DNA of 64,000 nucleotides from Giardia intestinalis (Eukaryota). This document shows, in pieces, positions 10,759 through 20,800 of this stretch (positions are counted from its first letter, which is position 1; the number at the start of each line of letters is the position of its first letter). The translations under genes were made by a program, and so were the position numbers. Under the pieces are notes generated by a model that was not told the DNA's origin, did not search any database, and saw only the letters and a list, made by a program, of their open reading frames with translations. The DNA lies in NCBI GenBank assembly GCA_000002435.2, contig CM018789.1. One strand, given 5' to 3'.

Positions 10759-11040
10759 TTACTCTGACTTTTCTTTTCGGCTAGTCTTTCTGAGCTCTGT
10801 GAGCCGATAGAGGAAGTCCGACGCAACAAGAAGGAAGAGGAGGAGTAAAACATTTACGACCCCTACCGCGAAGAGTCCACCTCGCACCGTCGCAGTCAGG
10901 GAGTCCATCCCATGCTGAGTCATGTAGTAAGCTCGCACTGCGTACATGACCCCCATTGGAGCAGCAATAATGACTACCATCCATGGCCATCCGTGAACAG
11001 CAAGACGTGAAAACGCCGGGCAATGATCAAATATCTTCAT
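10759..11040 (-). CDS. Small two-helix membrane protein (93 aa)
   Basis: ATG start; two hydrophobic spans (WPWMVVIIAAPMGVMYAV, GLFAVGVVNVLLLLFLLVASDFL) and a basic C-terminal tail; packed 23 bp from the neighbouring gene. Confidence 0.45.
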   Translation of the reverse strand: MKIFDHCPAFSRLAVHGWPWMVVIIAAPMGVMYAVRAYYMTQHGMDSLTATVRGGLFAVGVVNVLLLLFLLVASDFLYRLTELRKTSRKEKSE

Positions 11041-11191
11041 TTTTGTCTTCCCCTCTTATTTTTATCACCTAATCTTCTCTCATCACCAGATACAAATAAG
11101 CGAAAAGGCGGAGACATCAAATTCATATGGAAATGCGCATCACAAACGTCATAAAAAGGTCGTGTAAATCGCGCAGAGCTTGTAGCGAGCA

Positions 11192-11860
11192 TCAGTTATT
11201 AAACAACACAACGGGCTCCACAGCACTGAGCCTTGTAATTTCGTCTGCAGGGAGGGCAATGTGGTAAATCTGATGACTGCTATCGAGAATGCAGGCTCTC
11301 AGAACAGCCTGAACGTCTAGACGCTGCATAAAGGCAGAGTATTCCGAAAAGGAAACCAAGGTATCCCAATCTATGTTCTGCAAGTACTCCTGCTCAAATA
11401 CAGCAAGCATATCGGGTCCGTAGTGTGAAAGTGACAACTCGTTCCATTGCTCGAGTGTAGGTGGATTATCAATCAGGAGGCGGGAGCTAATAATAACGCT
11501 GGTCAGCATAATACGGTATACATTATTGATTGTAAGGGGATAGAAGCGATTGCGACTCATGAACCGCCGGAGTAATATTATTGCATATACGTAGCATTGC
11601 CGGGGTGCAACAGATCTGCTGAGTAGCGCGTCAATAAAGACAGCTAGCTTGCATTGCGGCTCTCCACTGTGAGGCCTTGGAAGTTGAGTTGCATTTTCAA
11701 TGTGAGCCATCAGAAGATCTGATACGAATCCCACAAATTGTCGTCCTGTTAATCCATAGACGTCCACTGATACCCGTGGGGTTCTGTACCGCTTCTTCAC
11801 TGTATCTGTGTGCATATAAGGAAAGACCGATCTCAAACGAGGGACGGAGTTTTTTTTCAT
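11192..11860 (-). CDS. Cyclin, Pho80/PCL-like
   Basis: 222-aa ORF; cyclin-box-like helices 'AVFIDALLSRS', 'CYVYAIILLRRF' and 'INNVYRIMLTSVIISSRLLID' resemble Pho85-cyclin family cores. Confidence 0.55.
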   Translation of the reverse strand: MKKNSVPRLRSVFPYMHTDTVKKRYRTPRVSVDVYGLTGRQFVGFVSDLLMAHIENATQLPRPHSGEPQCKLAVFIDALLSRSVAPRQCYVYAIILLRRFMSRNRFYPLTINNVYRIMLTSVIISSRLLIDNPPTLEQWNELSLSHYGPDMLAVFEQEYLQNIDWDTLVSFSEYSAFMQRLDVQAVLRACILDSSHQIYHIALPADEITRLSAVEPVVLFNN

Positions 11861-11903
11861 GTGTACGTGGGAAAATTAACGATCAAATCAGGCTTTTATT
11901 ACT

Positions 11904-12659
11904 CTATTTTGTCTTGAATGAGGAGGTCCCTTTTAACGATATGTGCGCTAAGCCTGTTGACAGCTCCTTAAGGGACTTGCAGACAAATTTATATTGTTGA
12001 GCTCCTACTGTAGCGGTGTAAAAACACGACTGTTCATCCAGTATGAAGCTCTCAGGATCAATAGTAAGTGCATAGTCAGTCACGCATACAGCTATGCATG
12101 CCTTGGCGTGGCTCAGAGGCAGTTCTACGGAGATGTTGACCTTCTGGGGTAAGTGCACTCCCATGAACTCCTCCAGTTGTCGAATTACATGAGCAGCTTG
12201 AGCAGAGGCAGGCTGCTGGGTTACGCGGTAGTGCAGGTCATTTTTCATGGCGAACTCTATCAAGGTTCGAGGGTATGCAGCCCCCGTGGCAGGGTTTGTT
12301 AATCTCAGGGCCACAATAGAGGCTATCTCAGTGAACTTTCTCTCCTGTTCGACAGTGCGTTCCAATTCTGAAAGATGTACACGTCCGTTGAGGATGATCT
12401 GGTTGCAAATTGACAGAGTGTTCTGGGTCCCAAAAGCCTTCTGCAAATTCTCCGCGCTTTGCAACTCCCCCTTAACTGCGTCTGAGAAGATAGCATGAGC
12501 CTGGATGACTTCGTTGATGTCCTTTTCAACCCCATTTCTGTAAGATGCCACTTTGCTGGAATAACAAGCCACCTCGAACCTCTGATCGTTGACCACATAT
12601 TGTACTATGGCTACGTTCGTAAACCACTTCTGGGTCACTGGCTGGACGATATAACTCAT
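11904..12659 (-). CDS. SBDS: Ribosome maturation factor SBDS (Shwachman-Bodian-Diamond protein)
   Basis: 251 aa; N-terminus 'TNVAIVQYVVNDQRFEVACYSSKVASYRNGVEKDINEVIQAHAIFSDAVKG' aligns closely with human SBDS '[51 protein letters not shown]'; the central and C-terminal domains are also collinear. Confidence 0.85.
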   Translation of the reverse strand: MSYIVQPVTQKWFTNVAIVQYVVNDQRFEVACYSSKVASYRNGVEKDINEVIQAHAIFSDAVKGELQSAENLQKAFGTQNTLSICNQIILNGRVHLSELERTVEQERKFTEIASIVALRLTNPATGAAYPRTLIEFAMKNDLHYRVTQQPASAQAAHVIRQLEEFMGVHLPQKVNISVELPLSHAKACIAVCVTDYALTIDPESFILDEQSCFYTATVGAQQYKFVCKSLKELSTGLAHISLKGTSSFKTK

Positions 12660-12767
12660 TTACTCACGGGAGCGGAGTATGAAGACAATTCTATGACTCT
12701 AAAATTATTAAACTTCTTACACAGTTACAAGTTGTGGGGAAACTCCTAGCCTCCTTCAGGTTACACT

Positions 12768-13247
12768 ATGAATACCCTACTGCAAGAAGTATCCATCGAA
12801 AGGTATGACGCTCCGCCCGAGGAACCGGTGCCCGAAGAAGGCGAGATCTACACCGACTTCCTCGACAGAGAAGGGGCCGCTATCGGTTCCTTTCGTCAGC
12901 TTGCATCCAAGCACTACAATAAGCTCTCCCAGTATATCTTCGAGCTTGAGCATCTGGCCGCATACGGTGAGCTGCAATTGAGTAGAGGTTTTCTCATTGA
13001 TGGCGTGCATCTTTCGCAAATTCTGTGCCATGCTCGTAACGAATCCCTGACGCATTTCAGCGGACTCATGACAAACTATTTTAAAATGATCAAGGTGAAG
13101 GAGATATTCCAGGGTAACGAGCCTCGTGAAGCCCAAGAGATTAGCGCAGCGCTGAGGCACAGAAAGTTTTCGTGGCACAGTTTTATTTATCACCCAATTG
13201 ATTGCAGCCCCACGCTCGTTGAGCTCAACAAGGAACAAGAAGAGTAA
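12768..13247 (+). CDS. Hypothetical acidic protein (159 aa)
   Basis: ATG start with strong C/G third-position bias on the + strand (acc ctg ... gac ccg ccc gag gaa ccg gtg ccc). The overlapping minus-strand ORF 12777-13328 has a GTG pseudo-start and weaker bias. Confidence 0.5.
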   Translation: MNTLLQEVSIERYDAPPEEPVPEEGEIYTDFLDREGAAIGSFRQLASKHYNKLSQYIFELEHLAAYGELQLSRGFLIDGVHLSQILCHARNESLTHFSGLMTNYFKMIKVKEIFQGNEPREAQEISAALRHRKFSWHSFIYHPIDCSPTLVELNKEQEE

Positions 13248-13387
13248 TCTTTCATGCTTGACACGGCTGTGCACAGGAGCAGGAGCAGGAGCTTTCTTTA
13301 CTATCTCTCCCTGCATGTTCTTCTTCACACAAGCTCTTACCTTATTCTAGAATTTGCAAAAATGCACCACAAAATTATAGGAAGTTT

Positions 13388-14008
13388 ATGGATGGCGACT
13401 CCTCGAAAGTTCCAGAGCAATCTATCCACGTTCCACTAAAGTGCTCCCTTCCATGTGATTCTCGAAGCCAAATACACAAATCCAGATTAGAAAACCAAGA
13501 CACACGATCATTCTTTCAGCAGGTAGATTATGCCGAACGGGACCTTGATCTTCTTCTCTGTCGTAGCAAAAGACACATAGACAAGACTATTTCTGTGGTG
13601 CATCATCAAACCGAGCGGCTGCGACAGCTGATGTTTGGGCAGATGGTGACGGCAATCAACCAAAAGGTGGAGTTGTCTCGCTTACGGGCACAGCAGGCAA
13701 AGAAGTTGGGCGGGCGGAAACGTGCTACCGACATGACCGCCGCTGACTGCCAGCAACATGCACAAACCCAGGTAGACCTCCTTAAAATGCAGACTAGTCC
13801 GGAAGAGTTCTTGCAGCGGATCACCAAGAGGAGCTCTGCTTACATGTACCAACAAGATAGCGACATAGATAGAACAACCCGAGCTCTTGCGAGTTGCCGC
13901 ACTAGGCTCGACAAGCTGGACTTTCAGTTCATGGGACCATGTCCACGGAACGGTTTATCGGATAAAGAGGTCAAAGAAGAGCTGCGCGGCCTATTTGACT
14001 CTCTATAA
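13388..14008 (+). CDS. Hypothetical coiled-coil protein (206 aa)
   Basis: ATG start; basic and glutamine-rich helical composition; ends 12 bp before the HECT gene ATG. Confidence 0.5.
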   Translation: MDGDSSKVPEQSIHVPLKCSLPCDSRSQIHKSRLENQDTRSFFQQVDYAERDLDLLLCRSKRHIDKTISVVHHQTERLRQLMFGQMVTAINQKVELSRLRAQQAKKLGGRKRATDMTAADCQQHAQTQVDLLKMQTSPEEFLQRITKRSSAYMYQQDSDIDRTTRALASCRTRLDKLDFQFMGPCPRNGLSDKEVKEELRGLFDSL

Positions 14009-14020
14009 AAAAGGCTTTGC

Positions 14021-16792
14021 ATGGGCGCCGTGCTTTCTGGTCGGCCCCATGTGTCTGCCCCGACCGATCCCTCTTCACTTCTACCACCGTCACATGTAAA
14101 CGCAATTGATGCGTCGTTCCACAATCAAGACGATTCCTTCCCTTACGTGGTACTCTTCAATGGAAGCCACTACGACCTCTTCATTGCTTCAGTAGATGGT
14201 CAGCCCATGGATGCCGTCCTTTCCCAATCACTTCTTTATCTAAATTTCTGCATTGAAGATGACCCTCCCGCTGTAGACTCTCTCTTGCTCCCTTCGCGAC
14301 GAGGTTCCTTTGAAGGCCGCCTCTTCCGGGGCCAGCTTACCGCCTTTATAACGGTCGGGCATGTCATCCGTGCCGTTCTTTATAGTGAGGATATCATCAG
14401 CAATCTAACCCTCGTATTGATTGATAAATACCCAGCAACCGGAAAAAGAGCTAGGAATGGACGGCCCTCTTGTGAGCGGCTTTCCCCTACATATATCGTG
14501 ACCCCCTTCTATTGTCCGCCCCTGCCTGGGCGCGGATCTCCCACGCTCTTTCACGATGTGCGGAGCATTTTCCGCGAGGGGCTTGTTGTGCCTCAACTGA
14601 CAATAGGCGGCTTCGGAAAAGCTATCACTTACCGCTCTGTTCGTGTCTTTACAAGCCCTCATCGGCTCAGCGTCTATGCGACACAGAGCCCTCACGGAAA
14701 GGACTCCGGCGCCCACGAAGCTTCGTGGCTGACAGGCCAGGAGTCCATCTTTCGAGACACTCTGACGGTCATGCCTCTGATCTGGCGTCGCCCCGATGCC
14801 GTTATTTCTCAGATAGCGCCTCACTACCCAGACGTTTCCAAATACGATGTCCCTGTCATCAGGTGGCAGCACGTAGTGGGAATGGATAACCCTTCGACGA
14901 CCTTACTTTGCAGTGTTGATGGGTCTCAGTTGGAAGATCTCATGGCTAGACGGGAGCGGCACGGATCCATTGAAGACCCGGCCCTCATCATTGTGTTCTT
15001 TGCTGGAACCCCGTACAGGATGTACTGGGATCTTAAGTTTCATCATATGACTACGGCCTTTGTGCGACGGATAATAGAGTATTTTGAGGCTATTATCCAT
15101 GATGCTGCTCGTAGCTTTCGGCCTGCTACGCCTCGTGAAAGTTCAAGGAATATGCAAGCACACCTTACTCCAAATAGAGCTACAGCTCGGTACCGGGTGA
15201 CAGTGCGTCGGAGTGAGATGTTTGGCGGGATACTCTCTCGGTTCCTACGAATTCCTGTGACTCTTCAGTACTTCATCCCACAAGTTAAACGGATTGCAGA
15301 CGCACCGTATACACGCGTCCCACAGGTTACATTTGATGGAGAGCAAGGAGTGGATGCAGGCGGTCTTCTAAAAGAGTTGCTTGTGGGCATCGCAGCAGAT
15401 GTACATGAATCAGGGCTTCTGGCGTGCATCAACAAGGTAGACAAACTCTGGAGTATTGCCCCAGAGTGTGGAGTAGCAGATCTTTCTATTTGTCAGGATC
15501 TTCCGTCGATGACACGCATTACCATGTATAGAGTGATAGGCCATTTGTTAGCAGTCTCCTTAATTAAGGACTTCAAGTTCCCCATTGCCTTATCACCGGC
15601 GCTATTGTTTTTACTCCTGCACTGCACAGTCTCCCCAGTGGGAGCCCACTACTATGGTGAGATACAATATAGCAGTACACTAATGGCTTTAAAGGAGACT
15701 GCCGCCCAGATTTTCCATGAAAAGATCACAGGAAGAAAGCATCTTTCACCACAGCGATACCAGTCATATCTTACGTTAAGGGGGTGCTCTCTCATTGCAG
15801 CTGCCATTACTCAAGGCAAAACGCTGGATGCATTTCCTGATGTGCAATTCGGTCCATGGGGCGTAGGAGTCGCTGCTCTTTCTTTACACCCGTATGACGC
15901 ACTTACACTTTATTGCTTGGACATGGATACTGGAAGCTCAAATATGAGTCCAGCATATCTTCTCTTCCCGGATTTGAAGGCCATTGGGATGGACGGCTGT
16001 ATCTCAACCACACTTCAATCGACGAATATACGAACCGACACCAATCTGATTGCTTTTGATAGATTGATAAAATTCTATCGAAAGAGCGGACATATGTTTA
16101 GAAACTTGAGCAGGAGAAAGGTATATACGCCTATTTCTCTCGTTAGCGCTCATATGACTGGGCCCTCCAGCGTTGGCAAAGAGAACCAGATGTCTACTGT
16201 TCTTTGCAGTGACTCCTCCGAAGAAAGCGAAGAGCATAAGACGAATGTGGAAGCGTCTGCGATAGAGACAGATGCAGATGGTACTCTTCCGAGGAACAAA
16301 GGGGCTGTCTATGCATCCCATTTGGCATATTCCCATATCCTCGGTCTAATTTACTATGAGGCATGTGCCTTAGCGGACGGATTCTGTACCTTACTACGCA
16401 TGGCGGGTGTTAATTTGACCAATGAGCAGATCCCTGTGACCTATATCCTAAAACGCTTCTATGCTACACTAGATCCTGTCCATCTCACGAGGGAACTCAT
16501 CCTTCGCCACTTTCGCTTTGACAATACATCAACAGAAGAAGCGCGTCAATTTGTGCGAGTCTGCCTAGCTCTTACCGTGGCAGAGCAGGCATCTCTTCTA
16601 CGCTTTTGCACGGGAATACCCTATCTGGAGTCTAATGTCCTGGTGACTGTGTGCTTTTCCCTTCCAAAGGGATTTCTTCCTCAAGGGCGTACGTGCGCCA
16701 ACTTGCTGGAGCTTCCAAAGAAATCAACCGACAGCGAGCTTCTGCAGCTCCTCCGAGACGCTATGGAACACATGTATTATGGGTTTCTCTAG
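14021..16792 (+). CDS. HECT-domain E3 ubiquitin-protein ligase
   Basis: 923 aa; the C-terminus 'LPQGRTCANLLELPKKSTDSELLQLLRDAMEHMYYGF' matches the HECT active-site region (LPxxHTCFNxLDLPxY...EGFG), with the catalytic Cys in 'TCAN'. Confidence 0.8.
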   Translation: MGAVLSGRPHVSAPTDPSSLLPPSHVNAIDASFHNQDDSFPYVVLFNGSHYDLFIASVDGQPMDAVLSQSLLYLNFCIEDDPPAVDSLLLPSRRGSFEGRLFRGQLTAFITVGHVIRAVLYSEDIISNLTLVLIDKYPATGKRARNGRPSCERLSPTYIVTPFYCPPLPGRGSPTLFHDVRSIFREGLVVPQLTIGGFGKAITYRSVRVFTSPHRLSVYATQSPHGKDSGAHEASWLTGQESIFRDTLTVMPLIWRRPDAVISQIAPHYPDVSKYDVPVIRWQHVVGMDNPSTTLLCSVDGSQLEDLMARRERHGSIEDPALIIVFFAGTPYRMYWDLKFHHMTTAFVRRIIEYFEAIIHDAARSFRPATPRESSRNMQAHLTPNRATARYRVTVRRSEMFGGILSRFLRIPVTLQYFIPQVKRIADAPYTRVPQVTFDGEQGVDAGGLLKELLVGIAADVHESGLLACINKVDKLWSIAPECGVADLSICQDLPSMTRITMYRVIGHLLAVSLIKDFKFPIALSPALLFLLLHCTVSPVGAHYYGEIQYSSTLMALKETAAQIFHEKITGRKHLSPQRYQSYLTLRGCSLIAAAITQGKTLDAFPDVQFGPWGVGVAALSLHPYDALTLYCLDMDTGSSNMSPAYLLFPDLKAIGMDGCISTTLQSTNIRTDTNLIAFDRLIKFYRKSGHMFRNLSRRKVYTPISLVSAHMTGPSSVGKENQMSTVLCSDSSEESEEHKTNVEASAIETDADGTLPRNKGAVYASHLAYSHILGLIYYEACALADGFCTLLRMAGVNLTNEQIPVTYILKRFYATLDPVHLTRELILRHFRFDNTSTEEARQFVRVCLALTVAEQASLLRFCTGIPYLESNVLVTVCFSLPKGFLPQGRTCANLLELPKKSTDSELLQLLRDAMEHMYYGFL

Positions 16793-16840
16793 TTTAGGCG
16801 TTCAAAGCATGTTCTAAAAACCAAAAAATAACAGATAGAC

Positions 16841-17845
16841 ATGAGCTTTGAAGACAACCAAGCAGAGCTGCGCGATTTTTACGCAGAGGGCCTAGCAGAG
16901 CAGCAGAAGCTCGAGGAGGAGAACTTCCTCTTGCAGCAGGAGGCCAAGCGCCTCATTAAGCTTCCTTCTCTTCAAGCGAAGCTCCACCCCTTCAAGGACC
17001 ATGGCCAGCGAACGGAAGCAGAGCTCATAGTGAAATATCACCAGAGCCTTTCAGACATAGACCAGTGCAGGGTTGACTTGGATACGCTGCAATCCAGTAT
17101 TGATCAGGATACAGTTGTGCTCCGAACAAACCTGGAAAAGCTCGAGAGTGAGGCGACAGAATTAACTACAGCATTTACTGCTTTGCGGCGCGCCTCCTTC
17201 GGACACCTGGAGCGGTCCCATGGGGTGATGCTCACTCAGGCGGAGGCAGAGAGTTTGGAGGACAAATTCCAGGCCCTTGTGAAAGAGCATGATGCTCTGC
17301 GCCTACAAGGTATTACTCAAAAAGAAAAGATCGCTGCTCTCACGTCCAAGATAAAGAAGACTAATGAGTTTGGAGATAGAATGAAACGTATAGACTTCGA
17401 ACAGATTAAAATAGAAAATCAGACACTTGCTGAAAAGATAGAGGAGCGCTCAGAGGAACTCTTAAAGCTCCGCCGGAGAACAGTGTCCACGCTCCAAATT
17501 CTTGCTCACATCCGAGAAAAGCGGCACTTCATCACTGCACAGGTACAGATGATGAAAAGGGATCTATTGAATTTAGACGAGCAGCTAGGCAAACTCCGGG
17601 ACCGGCTCTCTCAGCTTAAGAATGCTAGGACGCATGTCCGGAAGCAGGCCGACGACTCTAGGGACATGACAGGACTAAGCGGCAATCCTATACTACTGGC
17701 AGACTATAAGCAGAGAGAGCAGAATGTGTCACAACTTCACGAGGATGTGGCGAGGATAAAGGAGCGATACGATGAACTTACTAGTAAAGTACAAAGTTTA
17801 GAAAAAACAAAACGAAAGATTCAAAAGGCACTTCTAAACCATTAA
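16841..17845 (+). CDS. Coiled-coil protein (334 aa), possibly axoneme/cytoskeleton-associated
   Basis: Continuous heptad-rich sequence (LEEENFLLQQEAKRL..., LRDRLSQLKNARTHVRKQ). The A-rich run 'AAAAACCAAAAAATAACAGATAGAC' precedes the ATG. Confidence 0.6.
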   Translation: MSFEDNQAELRDFYAEGLAEQQKLEEENFLLQQEAKRLIKLPSLQAKLHPFKDHGQRTEAELIVKYHQSLSDIDQCRVDLDTLQSSIDQDTVVLRTNLEKLESEATELTTAFTALRRASFGHLERSHGVMLTQAEAESLEDKFQALVKEHDALRLQGITQKEKIAALTSKIKKTNEFGDRMKRIDFEQIKIENQTLAEKIEERSEELLKLRRRTVSTLQILAHIREKRHFITAQVQMMKRDLLNLDEQLGKLRDRLSQLKNARTHVRKQADDSRDMTGLSGNPILLADYKQREQNVSQLHEDVARIKERYDELTSKVQSLEKTKRKIQKALLNH

Positions 17846-17889
17846 TGAACAGATTAGAGTGTGCTCTGAGTACTGTAAATCCTCCGGCC

Positions 17890-20800
17890 TCATGCCTTTT
17901 CACGCTTATCCGCGGGGAAGTTCATCAGGACCATTCCAGCAGTGTTCATTTGGGCGGCTAAAGAGCTCTTTGGCCCCTTTCCTATAGTGATAGTGTTTAG
18001 ATCCTCCTGGATCTCCTCCATTTGGTTGGAAAAGTTGACACTCTTCTTGGGCTGAGGTTCGGCCCCCGCTGCAAATCTAGAGGTCTGCTTTACCGCAGAT
18101 TTAACATGTATTGGAGACTGAAACATCCAATTGTGCGGCTGATTAGGAGGCACTGGGCTTACTTTTGTATCGACAGGGGTGGAAGCGCGAGGTTTTTGCC
18201 AAGGAGGGGGATTTTGCAGCTGTACTGGATGTGTCCGAGCGTTATTCTGTATGGTGTTTGCTGCATTGTACGAGTTGACTGGCTGAGGCCGTTGTCTAGC
18301 CACAGACGCAACAGAGACTCCTCTCTGTGCGGATTTAAAGGGCGGTCTCTTGATCGGGATCCCAACAGCCTTATTGTATTGCTTAGCCGGAACCTGGGCC
18401 TGCGGCAGTGCTACAGGCTGCTCGGTAAATAGGTATCCCAAAGGCTCAGAACCATGGATGGGTGCGTGACCCTGGGGCTGATCAGATTGTAGCTGCATAT
18501 TGTACCCGTCCCCAAATTGTCGCGTCTGGATAGGCCCCATGCTTCTGCCAGCCCTCTTCAGCAAGAAAAGAGGCTGTGTTGCGTCCAGAGGCTGCTTCTC
18601 GATTTCTTCGTACTTTGGTATGTACAAAACGTCTGCGGCTCCCAGACCACACTCATCTTCGTCTGGGTCGTGACTTTCCAGGCGGGTGTAAGTAAGAAAT
18701 GATCTGTTCATCGGATTCTTAGTGCTGTAGAGCTCGTTTGCAGCAATAGCCTCCTCGGTTAGATTGTAAGGCAAGTGAGCCTGCGGATCCAGGCTAAACT
18801 GGCAAGCTGCAAGCAGCGTCCCCGACCTCATGCTTAGAGAGAGACCGGTCGTTCGCGAGAGGACTTCCTCGTTGTTCACGTTTATTGGGCGGAGACAAAA
18901 AGGAATCTTGGCCTCCAACTCAGTAATTCTATACACAAGCCCGTCAAGGTTCTTCTTGTTATCAGTGTCGATTACGGTCAGTGTTTGTAAGAACCGCAAC
19001 GCCTTTTTAGTATCATGGGATATAAGAAATGCCAGGAGATAGGGGTAGAACTCATCGTGATGTAGACAGAAGGCGGTTATGGCCGAGACTTCTGCTTTGG
19101 TGATGGGAGAGTAATTGATCAGCTTGCAATAAATTGGCACTGTTCCGTGAGTAGCCTTCCTTTTGTCCGTAGTTTCTTCGAGCTCATTGAGACACCGTAA
19201 TGACTGCCCAAGACTGGTATTTGCAGCTGACTCCCTATCTACTGTCAATTCCTCCAGATCAAGAGTGTTAGAGGGCATGTTATCAAACCTGCGTCGGCAG
19301 TTGGACCTCCCCACGATGCGCATTGTCTCTTGAAGCACTGATCTGGCCATATCTGGCTCCACATCACTCCCTAAGGAAGAGACAAGATGAAGCTCATCAT
19401 AAAACTCTTCAATCCGGTAATTATTTGTTGCTAACTCTGAAAATATGTAGGCAAGCCGCAGACCTAGACAGCGATCACTACAGAAGCTGGTGTCATTAGA
19501 AACAATTCCGTTAAAGTCTCTACGCAACTGATAAATCGCTCGTGACATCTGCTGGTTAATAGAGGTCTCGACAATGCGCTTGTGCTCCGCACTATGAATC
19601 CCAGGAGAGGGCTCTGTGAGGCTAATAAACACAGAGGACATGATACACGAACGCATGATTAGCTCAGTCCTGGCTACTCCTGGATGCACGGGCCAAAGCA
19701 GAGTATTGTGGAGCCCATCGGAGTACTCCATGGATGAGAAGGCCAGTGGCCGTGCAAGAGAGATCAACCCTTTGAGGAGCGACAGATGGCAGAGCCTTCC
19801 TGCCCACTGCTTAGAGCTCTTTTCCACGTCATCCCTGCTTATTGTATAGAACCCAGCATCTGTACTAATCGCTCCAGCGTAGGGCAGGTAGCTCAATGCA
19901 TGGAAGAGCAGAAGCCTGAGACTCCGCCGCGTTGTGTCGCTCAAGGCCATGCTCGAGGAGAGCAACTGGATACCTATGAAGTCCCCCTCGCCAGGCACCT
20001 GCATCAGTTGGTTAAGATAGATTGTGTCTTCAGACAAAGAAACGTCTTCGATTTCCCGGTCAATAGGGCCGCAGTATCCCATATCGACAGCAAACAAAAT
20101 GCGGGCTGATAGATAGATGCAGCGAGCATAGTATTCCACCGCCTTGGAGTGCTTTTCGTCTGTGTATCCAAGCACGCCGTCATCCCCACCGCAACTTATT
20201 TTTGCAGCCTGGAGAATAAAGGGCCTGAGATCTGTCCCCATGAAGCAAAGCGACATGCAGGCATCCATACATGCCTTTGGCGTTTCCCCATTCACAAGTA
20301 GGGCGTACACAATGAAGATCCTGCACCCGTGGATCCCAGCCTCCTTCAGCAAAGCAGTTCTAGGGTCTATTGTCTCAAAGGAGAAGCTGTTGCTGTGAGA
20401 GGTCGACGAGTTAATATCTTCTTGTAGAAGAGCCTTTAACGCGTCCACTATTGTCATGCGCGTAAAGCCGGGCCTCCGCTTTCTATAATCTACCCCTGGC
20501 CTCTCCCCAGACAAGACGAGCTGAGTATAGAACTGCACAAGAGACCAGATTGCTGTGTTGCCCACCATATTATGTGCTGCGTAAACAGACGAAAAATCCT
20601 GTATATCCCTGTACGGGTTTCCTTCTATGCTCTTCATTGTCTCATCGACAGTATAATAACCAAACTCATGTGTGTATAGCATGTTGGGGCTCTTGCTCTC
20701 GTCTGCCACGCTCTTCCTAAGGCTACGAAGCATCATGGAGTAGGCGTGGACGGTGCAATTAAAAAATACTTCATTATCGTCATCACGAGCTGCAGTTGGA

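Noticed and set aside
12777-13328. 183-aa minus-strand ORF overlapping the 12768-13247 + gene
   Set aside because: It starts with GTG rather than ATG and has weaker third-position bias than the + frame; it is kept only as a finding on sense/antisense overlap.
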